This document shows positions 24,586 through 34,121 of a DNA stretch of 64,000 nt, piece after piece. The notes below the pieces were generated by a model. That model saw nothing but the letters and a program-made list of their open reading frames with translations, was not told the DNA's origin and did not search any database. Both the position numbers and the translations under genes were made by a program. The DNA is from a virus, in the IMG/VR virus record IMGVR_UViG_3300003322_000089, positions 1 to 64,000 of that record, one strand, 5' to 3'. Every line of letters starts with the position of its first letter. The first letter of the stretch is position 1.

Positions 24586-25011
24586 ATGAACAGACTTTAT
24601 AAGTGGCTTATCTTCAATTGTGTAACGACCTTCCTTTTGGGTTATATGATTGTTCGGTATGATTTCCTGAACTGGCTAATCCATAATGACCCAACTAGAA
24701 TTTCTCTCGCTATTACCGGTGTATATGTTCTTAGTAGCGGTTACATTGGCTTGGGAGTTCTCTTCAACAAGGTCAAGGTTTCCGTTCTTGAGCATATCGC
24801 TAGTAGTGTTATGGGCCTTGGTCTTATTGGTACTATCCTAGCTACATTCTGGCTATTCAAGGAAGTCCATTCTGTAACTGATACCAAACAGATGATTACT
24901 ATTGTCCTTAATGGTATTGGTACTGCTCAGATCACCACATTGTTCGGCCTTGGTGGGGCTTGGCTGTTGGATCAACAGAGAGCATTTTCACTAGGGGTGG
25001 ACAATGACTGA
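24586..25011 (+). CDS. Integral membrane protein (weak MotA/TolQ/ExbB-like C-terminal motif)
   Basis: At least 3 TM segments. GIGTAQITTLFGLGGAW resembles the channel-family motif, but this is a low-certainty call. Confidence 0.55.
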   Translation: MNRLYKWLIFNCVTTFLLGYMIVRYDFLNWLIHNDPTRISLAITGVYVLSSGYIGLGVLFNKVKVSVLEHIASSVMGLGLIGTILATFWLFKEVHSVTDTKQMITIVLNGIGTAQITTLFGLGGAWLLDQQRAFSLGVDND

Positions 25012-25531
25012 TAGGAATATCTGGGTTATCTCGGATTCCCATTTCAATCATTCTAATATCATCGAGTATTGTAACAGACCGTTTACCAAAACATCAGAGA
25101 TGAATGAGTATATGGTGGATAAATGGAATTCTGTTGTAAAACCACAGGACAAAGTTTATCATCTTGGTGATGTATATATGGGTGGTGGATTTTCCAGAGA
25201 ATATACCTCTCATCTGATTTCTAGACTTAATGGTCACAAGAGGTTGATTCTTGGTAATCACGATAACGGAAAGGATCAAATCCTCCAGAAATATTTCGAT
25301 AAGATTGATGTTTGGAGGATGTTTCCTGAGTTCGGTTTGCTACTAACACATGTACCAGTGCATGAAAGTTCCCTTCAGAAGTCTGGAAGAAGTGGAAATC
25401 CAGATTTTGAACTAACTAATGTTCATGGGCATATCCACAACAGACCCTCACCAAACGGTCCGTACAAATGCGTGTGTGTAGAGCAGGTGGATTATACCCC
25501 AGTCAATATCGAGGAGCTTAGAGTCAAATGA
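25004..25531 (+). CDS. Metallophosphoesterase
   Basis: VISDSHFNH, HLGDV, GNHDN and GHIH motifs in canonical order. Confidence 0.8.
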   Translation: MTDRNIWVISDSHFNHSNIIEYCNRPFTKTSEMNEYMVDKWNSVVKPQDKVYHLGDVYMGGGFSREYTSHLISRLNGHKRLILGNHDNGKDQILQKYFDKIDVWRMFPEFGLLLTHVPVHESSLQKSGRSGNPDFELTNVHGHIHNRPSPNGPYKCVCVEQVDYTPVNIEELRVK

Positions 25532-26118
25532 TCAAAGGTAAATTTCTACTTAGTTACCTTGACTTCTATGTCTACTATGTCTCGGTATTCATTGTCCTGT
25601 TTGCTCTTGCATTCGTTATGATGAATGAAGAGTCCAAGAAGGGTAACATCATTGATCCGGCACAGTACCTTGTAGAACTCACTTGGGAGAATAACTCCGA
25701 TAGTGATATCGATCTGTGGGTTCAAGATCCTACAGGTGCAATTACTTACTTTGCACACAAGGATTCTCAGATTGTAACTCTAGACAGAGATGATCTGGGC
25801 ATCAATAACACTGTAACTCTGGAAGACGGAAGTAAGGTTACAAACCCTCTTAGACGAGAGGTAGCCAGTATCAGACGTATTATTCCAGGTACATTCACTG
25901 TGAATATCATGTGCTATAACAATAGATCAGGTAATCCTGTGAAAGCTCATGTTACTGTCAGACGACTCAATCCTTATGTAGAGATCGCTGAGAAGTCTGT
26001 AGAAGTTACAGCAAATGGTGAAGAGGCAACCATTTTGAATTTTGATGTATCACAGGATGGTTCTGTAAGTAATACAAATGACACATATGTTCCTCTGTTC
26101 TCTGTGGTGAAACCATGA
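25528..26118 (+). CDS. Membrane-anchored protein (DIDLWVQDPTG motif, possibly DUF2135-like)
   Basis: N-terminal TM segment followed by a beta-rich domain. The family call is tentative. Confidence 0.55.
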   Translation: MIKGKFLLSYLDFYVYYVSVFIVLFALAFVMMNEESKKGNIIDPAQYLVELTWENNSDSDIDLWVQDPTGAITYFAHKDSQIVTLDRDDLGINNTVTLEDGSKVTNPLRREVASIRRIIPGTFTVNIMCYNNRSGNPVKAHVTVRRLNPYVEIAEKSVEVTANGEEATILNFDVSQDGSVSNTNDTYVPLFSVVKP

Positions 26119-26582
26119 TTACTACATATCTTACACTGTTAGGTCTTCTGGCAATCACTGCAATTCTATTGGTGAACAGGTGGGTACTTGCCATTGCACT
26201 TATCCCCTGTCTCTATCTTGGATACTGGTTCGTACAAGAAAAGATTCCTGATTACTTTGGATATGCAATACCTATTGAAGCTGTAGATATTCCAGAGGCC
26301 AGAGTTCTTAATGCATTCCAAGGTGACAAAATCTACGTATTGATTGTCATCAAGGGGCAAACTGAACCAAGACTTATCTCTCTTGAACCAACTGAACAGA
26401 ATAAAAAGAACCTGAAAGAAATGTCGACCAAATTGAAGTCAGGTGCAGTTGTAGTTAAGAAGGGAAAGAAGTCTGATAAAGATGGTCCATCAGATAGTGA
26501 ACAAGGATTTGATGGAGACACAGGAGATTTGAAACTAGTGCCTATTACAGAACAAACAATTATTCAGAAGGATGAAAGTTAA
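26115..26582 (+). CDS. Membrane protein with a charged C-terminal region
   Basis: ORF with ATGA overlap and two N-terminal TM segments. Confidence 0.55.
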   Translation: MITTYLTLLGLLAITAILLVNRWVLAIALIPCLYLGYWFVQEKIPDYFGYAIPIEAVDIPEARVLNAFQGDKIYVLIVIKGQTEPRLISLEPTEQNKKNLKEMSTKLKSGAVVVKKGKKSDKDGPSDSEQGFDGDTGDLKLVPITEQTIIQKDES

Positions 26583-27350
26583 TTGAGCAATACATACATC
26601 CTGATTCCAGACCAACATGCCGTCCCATATCACAACAACAATAGAGCTGATTGGCTTGCAGGATTGATTAATGATATCCGTCCCGACGTTGTAATCAATA
26701 TGGGTGATGCAGCGGATTTGGAGTCATTGTCATCTTACGACAAAGGTAAGAGATCATTCCATGGGAAATCTTACCGTAAAGATCTTGATGCTCATCTTGA
26801 ATTTCAAGAACGTCTTTGGGAACCTGTTAAGAAGACTAAGAAAAAACTTCCTTGGCGAGTAGTACTGGAAGGTAATCACGAACATAGAATTGAAAAAGCA
26901 CTTGACCTTTCTCCGGAAATGACAGGTGTTATCGGATTTGATGATTTTGAATTTGATAAGTATTATGATGAAATAGTTCGTTATGATGGTGGCCTTCCTG
27001 GTATTTATAAGTCTGATGGTATTCTTTTCGCACACTTCTTCCCTACTGGTATCTCAGGTAGACCTATTGGGGGAGAGCGGCCTGCTCATATGTTGATTGC
27101 TAAGAATGGTATTTCATCTGTAGCAGCACATAGTCATACATTCGATTTTGCTACCAGACGTACAGTAGCAGATGGCTATCTAAACGGACTAGTAGTAGGT
27201 TGTTACCAAGATTTTATCAATCCTTGGGCAGGTCCAGTTGGTAAATTCTGGCAAGCAGGTGTGGCTGTTCTTCGGAACGTAGAGAATGGTCGATATGATC
27301 TACAATGGATTTCTATCGAGAGCATGCAAAAAGAATATGGAACAGCATAA
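26583..27350 (+). CDS. Metallophosphoesterase, second copy
   Basis: LIPDQHAVPYH, NMGDAADL, EGNHEHR and AAHSHT motifs. TTG start. Confidence 0.7.
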   Translation: MSNTYILIPDQHAVPYHNNNRADWLAGLINDIRPDVVINMGDAADLESLSSYDKGKRSFHGKSYRKDLDAHLEFQERLWEPVKKTKKKLPWRVVLEGNHEHRIEKALDLSPEMTGVIGFDDFEFDKYYDEIVRYDGGLPGIYKSDGILFAHFFPTGISGRPIGGERPAHMLIAKNGISSVAAHSHTFDFATRRTVADGYLNGLVVGCYQDFINPWAGPVGKFWQAGVAVLRNVENGRYDLQWISIESMQKEYGTA

Positions 27351-27492
27351 AGTAAAGCATAAGTTTAAGAATTTTGAGAATGATCTGAAGGGGCCGTTTA
27401 AACTAAAAGAGGTGGACCCAAGGAAGCAAGAATATAAAAGAAAAAGAATTAAGGTTACAGAGGTGTACGAATATGAAGAAGAACAAGATTGA
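27337..27492 (+). CDS. Small K/E-rich protein
   Basis: ATG 27337 overlaps the upstream 3' end. Part of listed ORF 27286..27492. Confidence 0.4.
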   Translation: MEQHKVKHKFKNFENDLKGPFKLKEVDPRKQEYKRKRIKVTEVYEYEEEQD

Positions 27493-27646
27493 GGACTTCG
27501 TATCGTTGGCTCTAGAAGAAATTTCATTTGAGGATTTGCTTAGCAAGTTTGACCTAACCCCAGAGGAGGTCTTTTCAATTTTGTATGAGAATGGTTTCAT
27601 CGATGAGGATATTCTAGAAAACGAAGTAGATTCAGTATATGAATAA
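27473..27646 (+). CDS. Small acidic protein (57 aa)
   Basis: Translated by eye; fills the gap between listed ORFs. Confidence 0.4.
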   Translation: MKKNKIEDFVSLALEEISFEDLLSKFDLTPEEVFSILYENGFIDEDILENEVDSVYE

Positions 27647-27827
27647 CATTAACGCATTCAATGCCAGATTTCCGATTGAGCTTGTGGCAGAGTGGGTTAA
27701 AGACAACGGAATAGAGGATGGTGCCATCACATCAACACAAGATGTTATCATCCATAATGTAGAGTTGGATATGATCAATGGGTATCTTATCATTGATGCT
27801 GTCCTAGAACAAAAGGTACTAAACTAA
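27639..27827 (+). CDS. Hypothetical protein
   Basis: Listed ORF, tightly packed. Confidence 0.5.
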   Translation: MNNINAFNARFPIELVAEWVKDNGIEDGAITSTQDVIIHNVELDMINGYLIIDAVLEQKVLN

Positions 27828-28336
27828 TGAGACTTATCGTAGGTACTGTACTAGCACTTCTTCTTATTCTTGGTGTAGGTGTCTATAAGGCAAAGGCTGA
27901 AGTAGTTACCCCTGAAATCCAGAGGATTGTAGTTAAGGATGATCCTGGTGGTCGTCTAGATGAATACTATACTAGTCTGGTCAATCTCAAGAAGGCAGGT
28001 CTTGGAGTAAAGCTAGATGGTCTTTGTGCATCTGCATGTACTATGATTGTCAATACCGATCTGAATATTAATGTGTGTGTCACTCAGAATGCCTCTCTTG
28101 GTATTCATCACCCATTCATGATGTCTTCAGAGGGTGAAATCGGTTATAGTATTCCTGCTATCGTGAAATCTGGACAAGTCTGGTCTGAGGTGTTCTACAA
28201 GAAGTATCCAGATTGGCTCAGAAAGTTTATCGATGATAATAATGGTGCTCCTGATGTTTATCTTGGGGCTGCACCTTCTGATATGCTAAGAGTACCTTTT
28301 AATGAATTGTCAAAACATATGGCTGTGTGCCAGTAA
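27827..28336 (+). CDS. Secreted protein (DDPGG...CASACTMI, weak ClpP/S49-like resemblance)
   Basis: Has a signal-peptide-like N-terminus. The family call is tentative. Confidence 0.55.
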   Translation: MRLIVGTVLALLLILGVGVYKAKAEVVTPEIQRIVVKDDPGGRLDEYYTSLVNLKKAGLGVKLDGLCASACTMIVNTDLNINVCVTQNASLGIHHPFMMSSEGEIGYSIPAIVKSGQVWSEVFYKKYPDWLRKFIDDNNGAPDVYLGAAPSDMLRVPFNELSKHMAVCQ

Positions 28337-28347
28337 AGGAGAATAAT

Positions 28348-28470
28348 ATGCTAGAGAAGATTATTTCAGTACTTACCAGTATCAAGAATTCAGGTCTATC
28401 TGTTACAGAACAGAAGAAGACAGAACTGATTATCATTGGTCTTCTGGTATTTGATATCGTATTCAAGTAA
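28348..28470 (+). CDS. Small membrane protein (40 aa)
   Basis: AAGGAGAA lies 6 nt upstream. C-terminal TM segment. Confidence 0.4.
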   Translation: MLEKIISVLTSIKNSGLSVTEQKKTELIIIGLLVFDIVFK

Positions 28471-28482
28471 GGATAAAATCAT

Positions 28483-28590
28483 ATGGAAAAGATCAAGAAT
28501 TTTCTCCTAGAGAAGACACCAATCTATAATTGGGCATTGGTGCTGGTCATTATTTCTACGACGATCCAAATATTTAAAGTATTTCTGTGA
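28483..28590 (+). CDS. Small membrane protein (35 aa)
   Basis: Translated by eye; contains the TM segment WALVLVIISTTIQIF. Confidence 0.35.
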   Translation: MEKIKNFLLEKTPIYNWALVLVIISTTIQIFKVFL

Positions 28591-28600
28591 TAATAAATAG

Positions 28601-28635
28601 ACCCCTGAGTGGAAAGCTTGGGGGTTTTCTTTTTG
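28601..28635 (+). terminator. Putative intrinsic terminator
   Basis: ACCCC...GGGGT stem (28601-05 / 28621-25) followed by TTTCTTTTT. The loop is long (15 nt). Confidence 0.45.
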
Positions 28636-28645
28636 AGGAGACATA

Positions 28646-29329
28646 ATGGAAGTTACATTAATTGATTGTATGGGCGACGACATCACTGTCTGTAATGCAG
28701 CAAGGGTGTCTATGAATAAAGAGACAGATTGGGAATACAGCAGCGAATACTGTGAATCATGTAACGACTACCATGGCCCATACTTGAGTGACAAAGACAA
28801 GAAGCTGATTAAGTATCTGGCCAATCATGGACATTTCACACCGTTCACACATTGTATTGTCACTCTGAGGGAAACTGTCCCTATCTTTGTGGCTAGACAG
28901 CGCTTTAAACATCAAATTGGTTTCACATACAATGAAATTTCTCGTAGGTATGTAGATGATACTCCTGAATTCTTTACTCCTAAAGAGTGGAGAGGTAAAC
29001 CTATCAATGTGAAGCAAGGTTCTTCAGATATAATTATTTCTCCGGAACAGTACGATCTTAATGGTATGTATGCTGAATTGATTGGTCATGCATCTACTCT
29101 ATACAATGCCATGATTACATATGGAGTAGCCCCCGAACAAGCACGTATGGTTCTCCCTCAAAGTATGATGACTTCCTACTATGTAACTGGGAGTCTTTCA
29201 GCATTTGCCAGAGCGTTTAAATTGAGAGTCGACACCCATGCCCAAAAAGAAATCCAAGAAGTCGCAGTCGAATGGGACAGAATCATCAGACCTCTATTCC
29301 CCATCTCTTGGTCAGCCCTCGTTGACTGA
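28646..29329 (+). CDS. thyX: Flavin-dependent thymidylate synthase (ThyX)-like, with a divergent signature motif
   Basis: MEVTLIDCMGDD..VCNAARVS N-terminus, then ARQRFKHQIGFTYNEISRRY where canonical ThyX has RHRx7S...RY. Confidence 0.7.
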   Translation: MEVTLIDCMGDDITVCNAARVSMNKETDWEYSSEYCESCNDYHGPYLSDKDKKLIKYLANHGHFTPFTHCIVTLRETVPIFVARQRFKHQIGFTYNEISRRYVDDTPEFFTPKEWRGKPINVKQGSSDIIISPEQYDLNGMYAELIGHASTLYNAMITYGVAPEQARMVLPQSMMTSYYVTGSLSAFARAFKLRVDTHAQKEIQEVAVEWDRIIRPLFPISWSALVD

Positions 29330-29403
29330 AGAAGAAAGGGCCAGAGGGTTCTGTGAAGAATTAAAAAGATCAGATTTTAAGAAATTTTTGGATTTTATCA
29401 GAA

Positions 29404-29712
29404 ATGATATCAAAGGATTATATGGTGGTTAATTGGTACGAAATCTTTGTGACTAGTGCATTCCGTTGCAAGTACTGTGAAGAGGCTAAAGAACTCCTCA
29501 AGTGCTACGGTATGGACTTTGTAGAAAGAGATATTGCCACAGATGAGAATGCCCTAGATGAATTCAAGGCACACGGGTTTACCAGGATACCTCAAGTATT
29601 TCGTGAGGGAGTCCATATTGGTGGGTGTGATAAACTCAAGGAACATCTGAGATTGAACCATAGCCCAAAGGCTAGAGAAGAAAAAGATATTGAAGGAAAG
29701 GTTAAGTTTTAA
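29404..29712 (+). CDS. Glutaredoxin/NrdH-like redoxin
   Basis: CKYC active-site motif followed by a thioredoxin-fold pattern (RIPQVF..G.HIGG.D). The start may be ATG 29422. Confidence 0.75.
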   Translation: MISKDYMVVNWYEIFVTSAFRCKYCEEAKELLKCYGMDFVERDIATDENALDEFKAHGFTRIPQVFREGVHIGGCDKLKEHLRLNHSPKAREEKDIEGKVKF

Positions 29713-29713
29713 T

Positions 29714-29986
29714 ATGGGATTCCGTAAATACGAAGAGTTCGTTCGCACAATGCCCGACTTCGATGATGCTGCTCTGGGTCTTCCTGGTGAAGTAGGTGAA
29801 GTACTAGAGCTAGTCAAGAAGGATAGGCGTACTGGTGATTACCGACAGCCACTGGATCAAGAGAAGTTTACTGCTGAACTAGGAGATGTGCTTTTCTACT
29901 TGACTCGTCTGGCATATAAGAATGGTGTATCGATTAAAGATGTAGCCGATTATAATATTGCCAAACTGACAAAGAGACATGGGTGA
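29714..29986 (+). CDS. mazG: MazG-like nucleoside triphosphate pyrophosphohydrolase
   Basis: GLPGEVGEVLELVKK...ELGDVLFYLTRLA (EExxE/D-type MazG helices). Confidence 0.8.
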   Translation: MGFRKYEEFVRTMPDFDDAALGLPGEVGEVLELVKKDRRTGDYRQPLDQEKFTAELGDVLFYLTRLAYKNGVSIKDVADYNIAKLTKRHG

Positions 29987-30387
29987 TGTTTAATATTCTA
30001 GTCTGTGGTGGAAGAGATTTTAATAATAAGAAACTCTTGTATGATGTACTACTAAACTATTGTTGGAAAAATGGATTTCATCATCCTAAAGATGCTATGA
30101 CACCCGTCGGTATTTCAATCATTTCTGGAATGGCTAAGGGTGCAGATACACTAGGCTGGCTCTTCGCCAAAGACTACGGTCTAGATATTTTTTCTTTTCC
30201 AGCTGACTGGAAGCATCAAGGTAATTCTGCTGGTCCTATTCGTAATCAGAAAATGATTGATGAAACTCCGGGTGGTGTAGATCTTGTTATTGCATTCCCC
30301 ACTAAAAACTCTCGTGGAACTTACGATATGATTAGACGAGCAGAGAAGGCTGGAATTAAAACAATTATTGTTAAGGAAGAAGAATGA
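29983..30387 (+). CDS. SLOG-fold protein (DUF2493/YspA-like)
   Basis: VCGGRDF, SGMAKGADTLGW, FPADWKHQGNSAGPIRNQKM. Confidence 0.7.
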   Translation: MMFNILVCGGRDFNNKKLLYDVLLNYCWKNGFHHPKDAMTPVGISIISGMAKGADTLGWLFAKDYGLDIFSFPADWKHQGNSAGPIRNQKMIDETPGGVDLVIAFPTKNSRGTYDMIRRAEKAGIKTIIVKEEE

Positions 30388-30560
30388 GTACAAGAGTTCT
30401 AATCGAGAATGCCATTGTCCGTATCGACAAAGAGATTGAACGAGAACAGTATCAGATCAGAGAATGGCAGAGTGAGATCAATAGAAGTAACAAAGCCATC
30501 GAGAGCCTAGAAGAACTAAAGAAGGTTTATAGGAGCGACTTGGAGAGACTCAATGGATAA
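30384..30560 (+). CDS. Small coiled-coil protein (58 aa)
   Basis: ATGA overlap; translated by eye. Confidence 0.4.
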   Translation: MSTRVLIENAIVRIDKEIEREQYQIREWQSEINRSNKAIESLEELKKVYRSDLERLNG

Positions 30561-30732
30561 GTATAACGCAGCTTATATTAACACACTCTCAGAGGAACGA
30601 GATTATAAAGTTCTTTTCGAATGGGTAGTTCGATTGCATAAAGAGAATGTAGATCTACGCAGTCAGTTAGAGGAAGAAGATTATACATACATGTGGGATG
30701 AGGCTAAGAATGAATGGAATAATGGAACCTAA
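30553..30732 (+). CDS. Small protein (59 aa)
   Basis: Its ATG overlaps the upstream end; translated by eye. Confidence 0.4.
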   Translation: MDKYNAAYINTLSEERDYKVLFEWVVRLHKENVDLRSQLEEEDYTYMWDEAKNEWNNGT

Positions 30733-30856
30733 TGAGCCAGTAGATCTTGATGAACTTGCTAGACTACACGTAGAGTATCAATCCTATTTGGATGATCTAG
30801 AAGAGTATGAAGAAGACGAAGATATTGAAGATAGTTATGAAGAGGAAGATGAGTGA
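30710..30856 (+). CDS. Small highly acidic protein (48 aa)
   Basis: Translated by eye. Its stop overlaps the GTG start of the RNR gene (GTGA). Confidence 0.35.
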   Translation: MNGIMEPNEPVDLDELARLHVEYQSYLDDLEEYEEDEDIEDSYEEEDE

Positions 30857-31786
30857 ATCTAGAAAATAATATTTTGAGTCAGATCGTTGTATTTAGTAAA
30901 TATGCACGTTATGATAAATCGCTGAAGCGTCGTGAGTCTTGGGAAGAGATCTGTTGGCGTAATGCTGAAATGCACATGAAAAAGTATCCAGATATTAAGA
31001 TGGATATCTATAATACGTATCTTAATTACGTGATCACAAAGAAGCTCCTACCATCTATGAGAAGTCTTCAGTTTGGGGGTAAAGCAATTGAACGTAATCC
31101 TGCTCGTATCTATAATTGCGCTTATCTTCCAGTTGAGCACCCGGATGCTTTTAGCGAGACTATGTTCCTTCTCTTGGGTGGTACAGGAGTTGGTTACTCT
31201 GTTCAGTACCGCCATGTTAATAAACTTCCTGTTGTATCTGGACCAAAAGAACGTACTAGACGTTATGTTATCGGAGATAGCATCGAAGGTTGGGCAGATG
31301 CTGTAAAGGTTCTGGTAGAATCGTATTTCTACAATAAGGCACAACCGATCTTTGATTATGGAGACATCAGAGATAAGGGTACAGAGCTAGTTACATCTGG
31401 TGGTAAAGCCCCAGGTCCAGATCCGCTTCGTGTATGTCTGGCTCAAGTAGAGTCTGTACTTAATGGTGCAGTAGGACGTAGACTAACCCCGTTAGAGGCT
31501 CATGATATCCAGTGCTTCTTGGCAGATGCAGTCCTTGCAGGTGGTATTAGACGGGCTGCCATGATTTCTTTGTTCTCTCCAGAGGATGAAGATATGATGA
31601 CTTGTAAGAGTGGCAATTGGTGGGAACTTCACCCACAGCGTTCTCGTGCTAATAATTCTGTTACACTACTCAGAGGTTCTGTTTCTAAGGAAGAGTTTGA
31701 TAAAATCTGGGAACGAGTTAAAGCATCTGGAGCTGGTGAACCAGGTATTTATTGGACGAACAATCTTGATTGGGGTACTAATCCGT
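30853..31786 (+). CDS. nrdJ: Ribonucleotide reductase, class II-like, exon 1
   Basis: N-terminal YARYDKSLKRRESWEE and GGTGVGYS motifs. Ends at ...GTNP + T, immediately before the catalytic Cys codon. No beta-subunit gene is present in the window. Confidence 0.75.
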
Positions 31787-32611
31787 TAATTTCACTGGCG
31801 GCCTAATAGAGTAATCTATTTTGAATAACTTTTCTAAAAACGGGGAACACCCCTCTGGGACAATCCCGTGCCAATCCGATATGGAAGGTGTAACGACTAT
31901 GGATAAAAAACAACTAACTAAACTTATTTCATATTTTGCAATGGGTGATGGTGGCCTCTATCGTGTCAAAGAGGGTAACGCTCAGTTTATCATGAATATG
32001 AAAAAGGACAATTTGGATTACATTAAATGGGTAGCCGATACTTTGTCTAATGTAACTGGCGTTCATATGTATGATCGAAAAGATTATAATACAGATGGTT
32101 GCACAAGAGCACCTCAAGTACGTCTGGAATCAAATCGTCATCCGTTTCTGACTAAACTACGTGATCGTATCTATTGTGAAGATGGTCATAAAGGTTTGGA
32201 CATGCATACGCTTAAGCTTCTTGATTGGGAAGCTATGGCAATTCTTTTTATGAGTGATGGTAGTTCTCATGAATATCTTCGCCCAGAAATCGGTATGAAA
32301 AATGCGTCTGTTAAGGTCACACTTAACATGAAACGTCTGTCAGAAGCAGAACAGTTGGTACTTAAACAAACTATTCGAGATAACCTCGGTGTAGAATTCA
32401 ATATCAATAGACAGTATAAATATTTTTTCCTGACACTCAGGACGAAAGATGTAAATACTTTTATGGATGGTATCGAACCTTATGTAGTTGAAAGTTTTAA
32501 GTATAAGATTATCCGTATGAAAAGCTCTGAGAAATCAGATGGTGATATAGTCTGAACTCTATGGCAACATGGAGAGGTTAACAGAAATGATTAATCTTTA
32601 TAACAAAATTG
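31787..32611 (+). mobile_element. Group I intron (825 nt) carrying a LAGLIDADG homing-endonuclease ORF
   Basis: Exon 1 ends in U, which can pair as U.G in a P1 helix (CCGU/GCGG at 31797-31801), and the intron ends in G. The 5' core AAACGGGGAAC..CTCT.GGACAATCCCGTGCCAAT and the 3' GATATAGTCTGAAC resemble T4 td-type introns (from memory). Confidence 0.75.
31881..32555 (+). CDS. LAGLIDADG homing endonuclease (two-motif type)
   Basis: LISYFAMGDGGLY and MAILFMSDGS motifs. The reading frame differs from the RNR exons. Confidence 0.8.
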   Translation: MEGVTTMDKKQLTKLISYFAMGDGGLYRVKEGNAQFIMNMKKDNLDYIKWVADTLSNVTGVHMYDRKDYNTDGCTRAPQVRLESNRHPFLTKLRDRIYCEDGHKGLDMHTLKLLDWEAMAILFMSDGSSHEYLRPEIGMKNASVKVTLNMKRLSEAEQLVLKQTIRDNLGVEFNINRQYKYFFLTLRTKDVNTFMDGIEPYVVESFKYKIIRMKSSEKSDGDIV

Positions 32612-33531
32612 GTTGTGAAATCGGCCTTCGTCCATATCAATTCTGCAATCTGATCGATCTGAATGGTAGCGATATCGTAAGCCGTGAGGACTATCTTGAT
32701 CGCTCTCGTAAGGGTGCATTCATTGCAACACTACAAGCAGGTTATACAGATTTCCATTACCTTCGTCCAATCTGGCAAACTACGACAGAAGAAGACGCGT
32801 TGATTGGTGTAGGTGTTACAGGTATTGCTGCAAATAAAATTAATCCAGAATGGCTCAAAGAGGCAGCCAGTGAAGTCCGGAAAGTTAACGAAGAAACTGC
32901 AAAGAAGATTGGCATCAATCCAGCTGCTAGAACCACAACTATTAAGCCCTCTGGTACAAGCTCTCTTGTTTTGGGTAGTTCTTCTGGGATCCATGCTTAT
33001 CATAACGATTTCTATATCCGTCGTATTAGATACGGTAAGGATGAGGCAATCTGGAAGTATCTTTCTACAGTCTTGCCAGAACTCTGTGAAGATGAAAAGT
33101 TTCGACCCCAAACTCAAGGAGTACTCACAATACCTCAAAGATCTCCAATCGGATCTGTCGTACGCACAGAAACTCCGATTGAACTGCTTGAAAGAGTACG
33201 AACGTATAACATCGATTGGGTAGCCGAAGGTCATAATAGGGGTGATAACAAGAATAATGTCTCTTGTACCATTTCATTGAAAGATGACGAATGGGAGCCG
33301 GTGGGTCAATGGATGTGGGAAAACCGTGAACACTATAATGGTATTTCTGTCCTACCATATGATGGGGGAACTTATGTTCAGGCACCATTCGAAGATACTT
33401 CAGAAGCAACATATTTTAGAATGATTGAAATGCTTAAAGATATCGATTTGAAACAGATTATTGAAGAAGAGAACAATACGACATTGGTTGATGAATTGGC
33501 ATGTGCTGCTGATGGTTGTGTCGTAGTATAA
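32612..33531 (+). CDS. nrdJ: Ribonucleotide reductase, class II-like, exon 2
   Basis: Splicing gives ...GTNPCCEIGLRPYQFCNL, restoring the N-x-C-x-E catalytic motif. C-terminal CAADGC redox pair. Confidence 0.75.
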
Positions 33532-34121
33532 TGAGACTCTTAATTGCTTGCGAGATGAGCGGCAGGGTTAGAGATGCATTTATCAGGAAGGGTCATGAGG
33601 CAATGTCTTGTGACCTCCTCGATACTCTAGTTCCTGGACCTCATTATAAAGGTAATATTTTTGATATTCTATACGATGGATGGGATATGATGATTGCTCA
33701 TCCTCCGTGCACATATCTATCTGTATCTGGTCTTCATTGGAATAAGAAAAATCCTGATAGAGCACAGAAGACAGAAGAAGGTCTGGAGTTTGTACAAAGA
33801 CTGATGGATGCACCAATAGATAAGATCTGTATTGAAAATCCTGTCTCTTGTATTTCATCGAGAATAAGGAAGCCAGATCAGATCATTCAACCGTATGAAT
33901 TTGGAGAAGACGCATCTAAGAAGACATGCCTTTGGTTGAAGAATCTTCCACTACTTGTTGGTACAGAACGAGTTCCCGGTCGTGTGGTCAATGGTAAAGA
34001 ACGTTGGAGTAATCAGACAGACTCAGGACAAAACAGATTAGGTCCATCAGAAGATAGAGCAGAAATAAGGAGTTTGACGTATATGAAAATTGCAGAAGCA
34101 ATGGCAAACACTTGGGGCTAA
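33531..34121 (+). CDS. Minimal C5 cytosine DNA methyltransferase-like protein
   Basis: IACEMSG (motif I-like), HPPC (motif IV PC) and IENPVS (motif VI ENV). The TAATG start overlaps the RNR stop. Confidence 0.55.
   Translation: MRLLIACEMSGRVRDAFIRKGHEAMSCDLLDTLVPGPHYKGNIFDILYDGWDMMIAHPPCTYLSVSGLHWNKKNPDRAQKTEEGLEFVQRLMDAPIDKICIENPVSCISSRIRKPDQIIQPYEFGEDASKKTCLWLKNLPLLVGTERVPGRVVNGKERWSNQTDSGQNRLGPSEDRAEIRSLTYMKIAEAMANTWG

Noticed and set aside
29238-29432. ORF 29238..29432, overlapping the thyX 3' end.
   Set aside because: Two thirds of it overlaps thyX out of frame. Its K/S-rich N-terminus looks like frame noise, and the remaining 34 aa have no start codon of their own.
31787-32611. An intein interrupting the RNR.
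   Set aside because: An in-frame stop occurs 6 codons after the junction. The LAGLIDADG ORF is in a different frame. The boundaries fit group I rules (U before the 5' splice site, terminal G), not the Cys/Ser...His-Asn rules of inteins.
32569-32611. The MERLTEMINLYNKIG N-terminus of listed ORF 32569..33531 as a real start of a separate RNR subunit.
   Set aside because: It lies within the predicted intron 3' segment. The RNR homology resumes only at the CEIGL catalytic motif.
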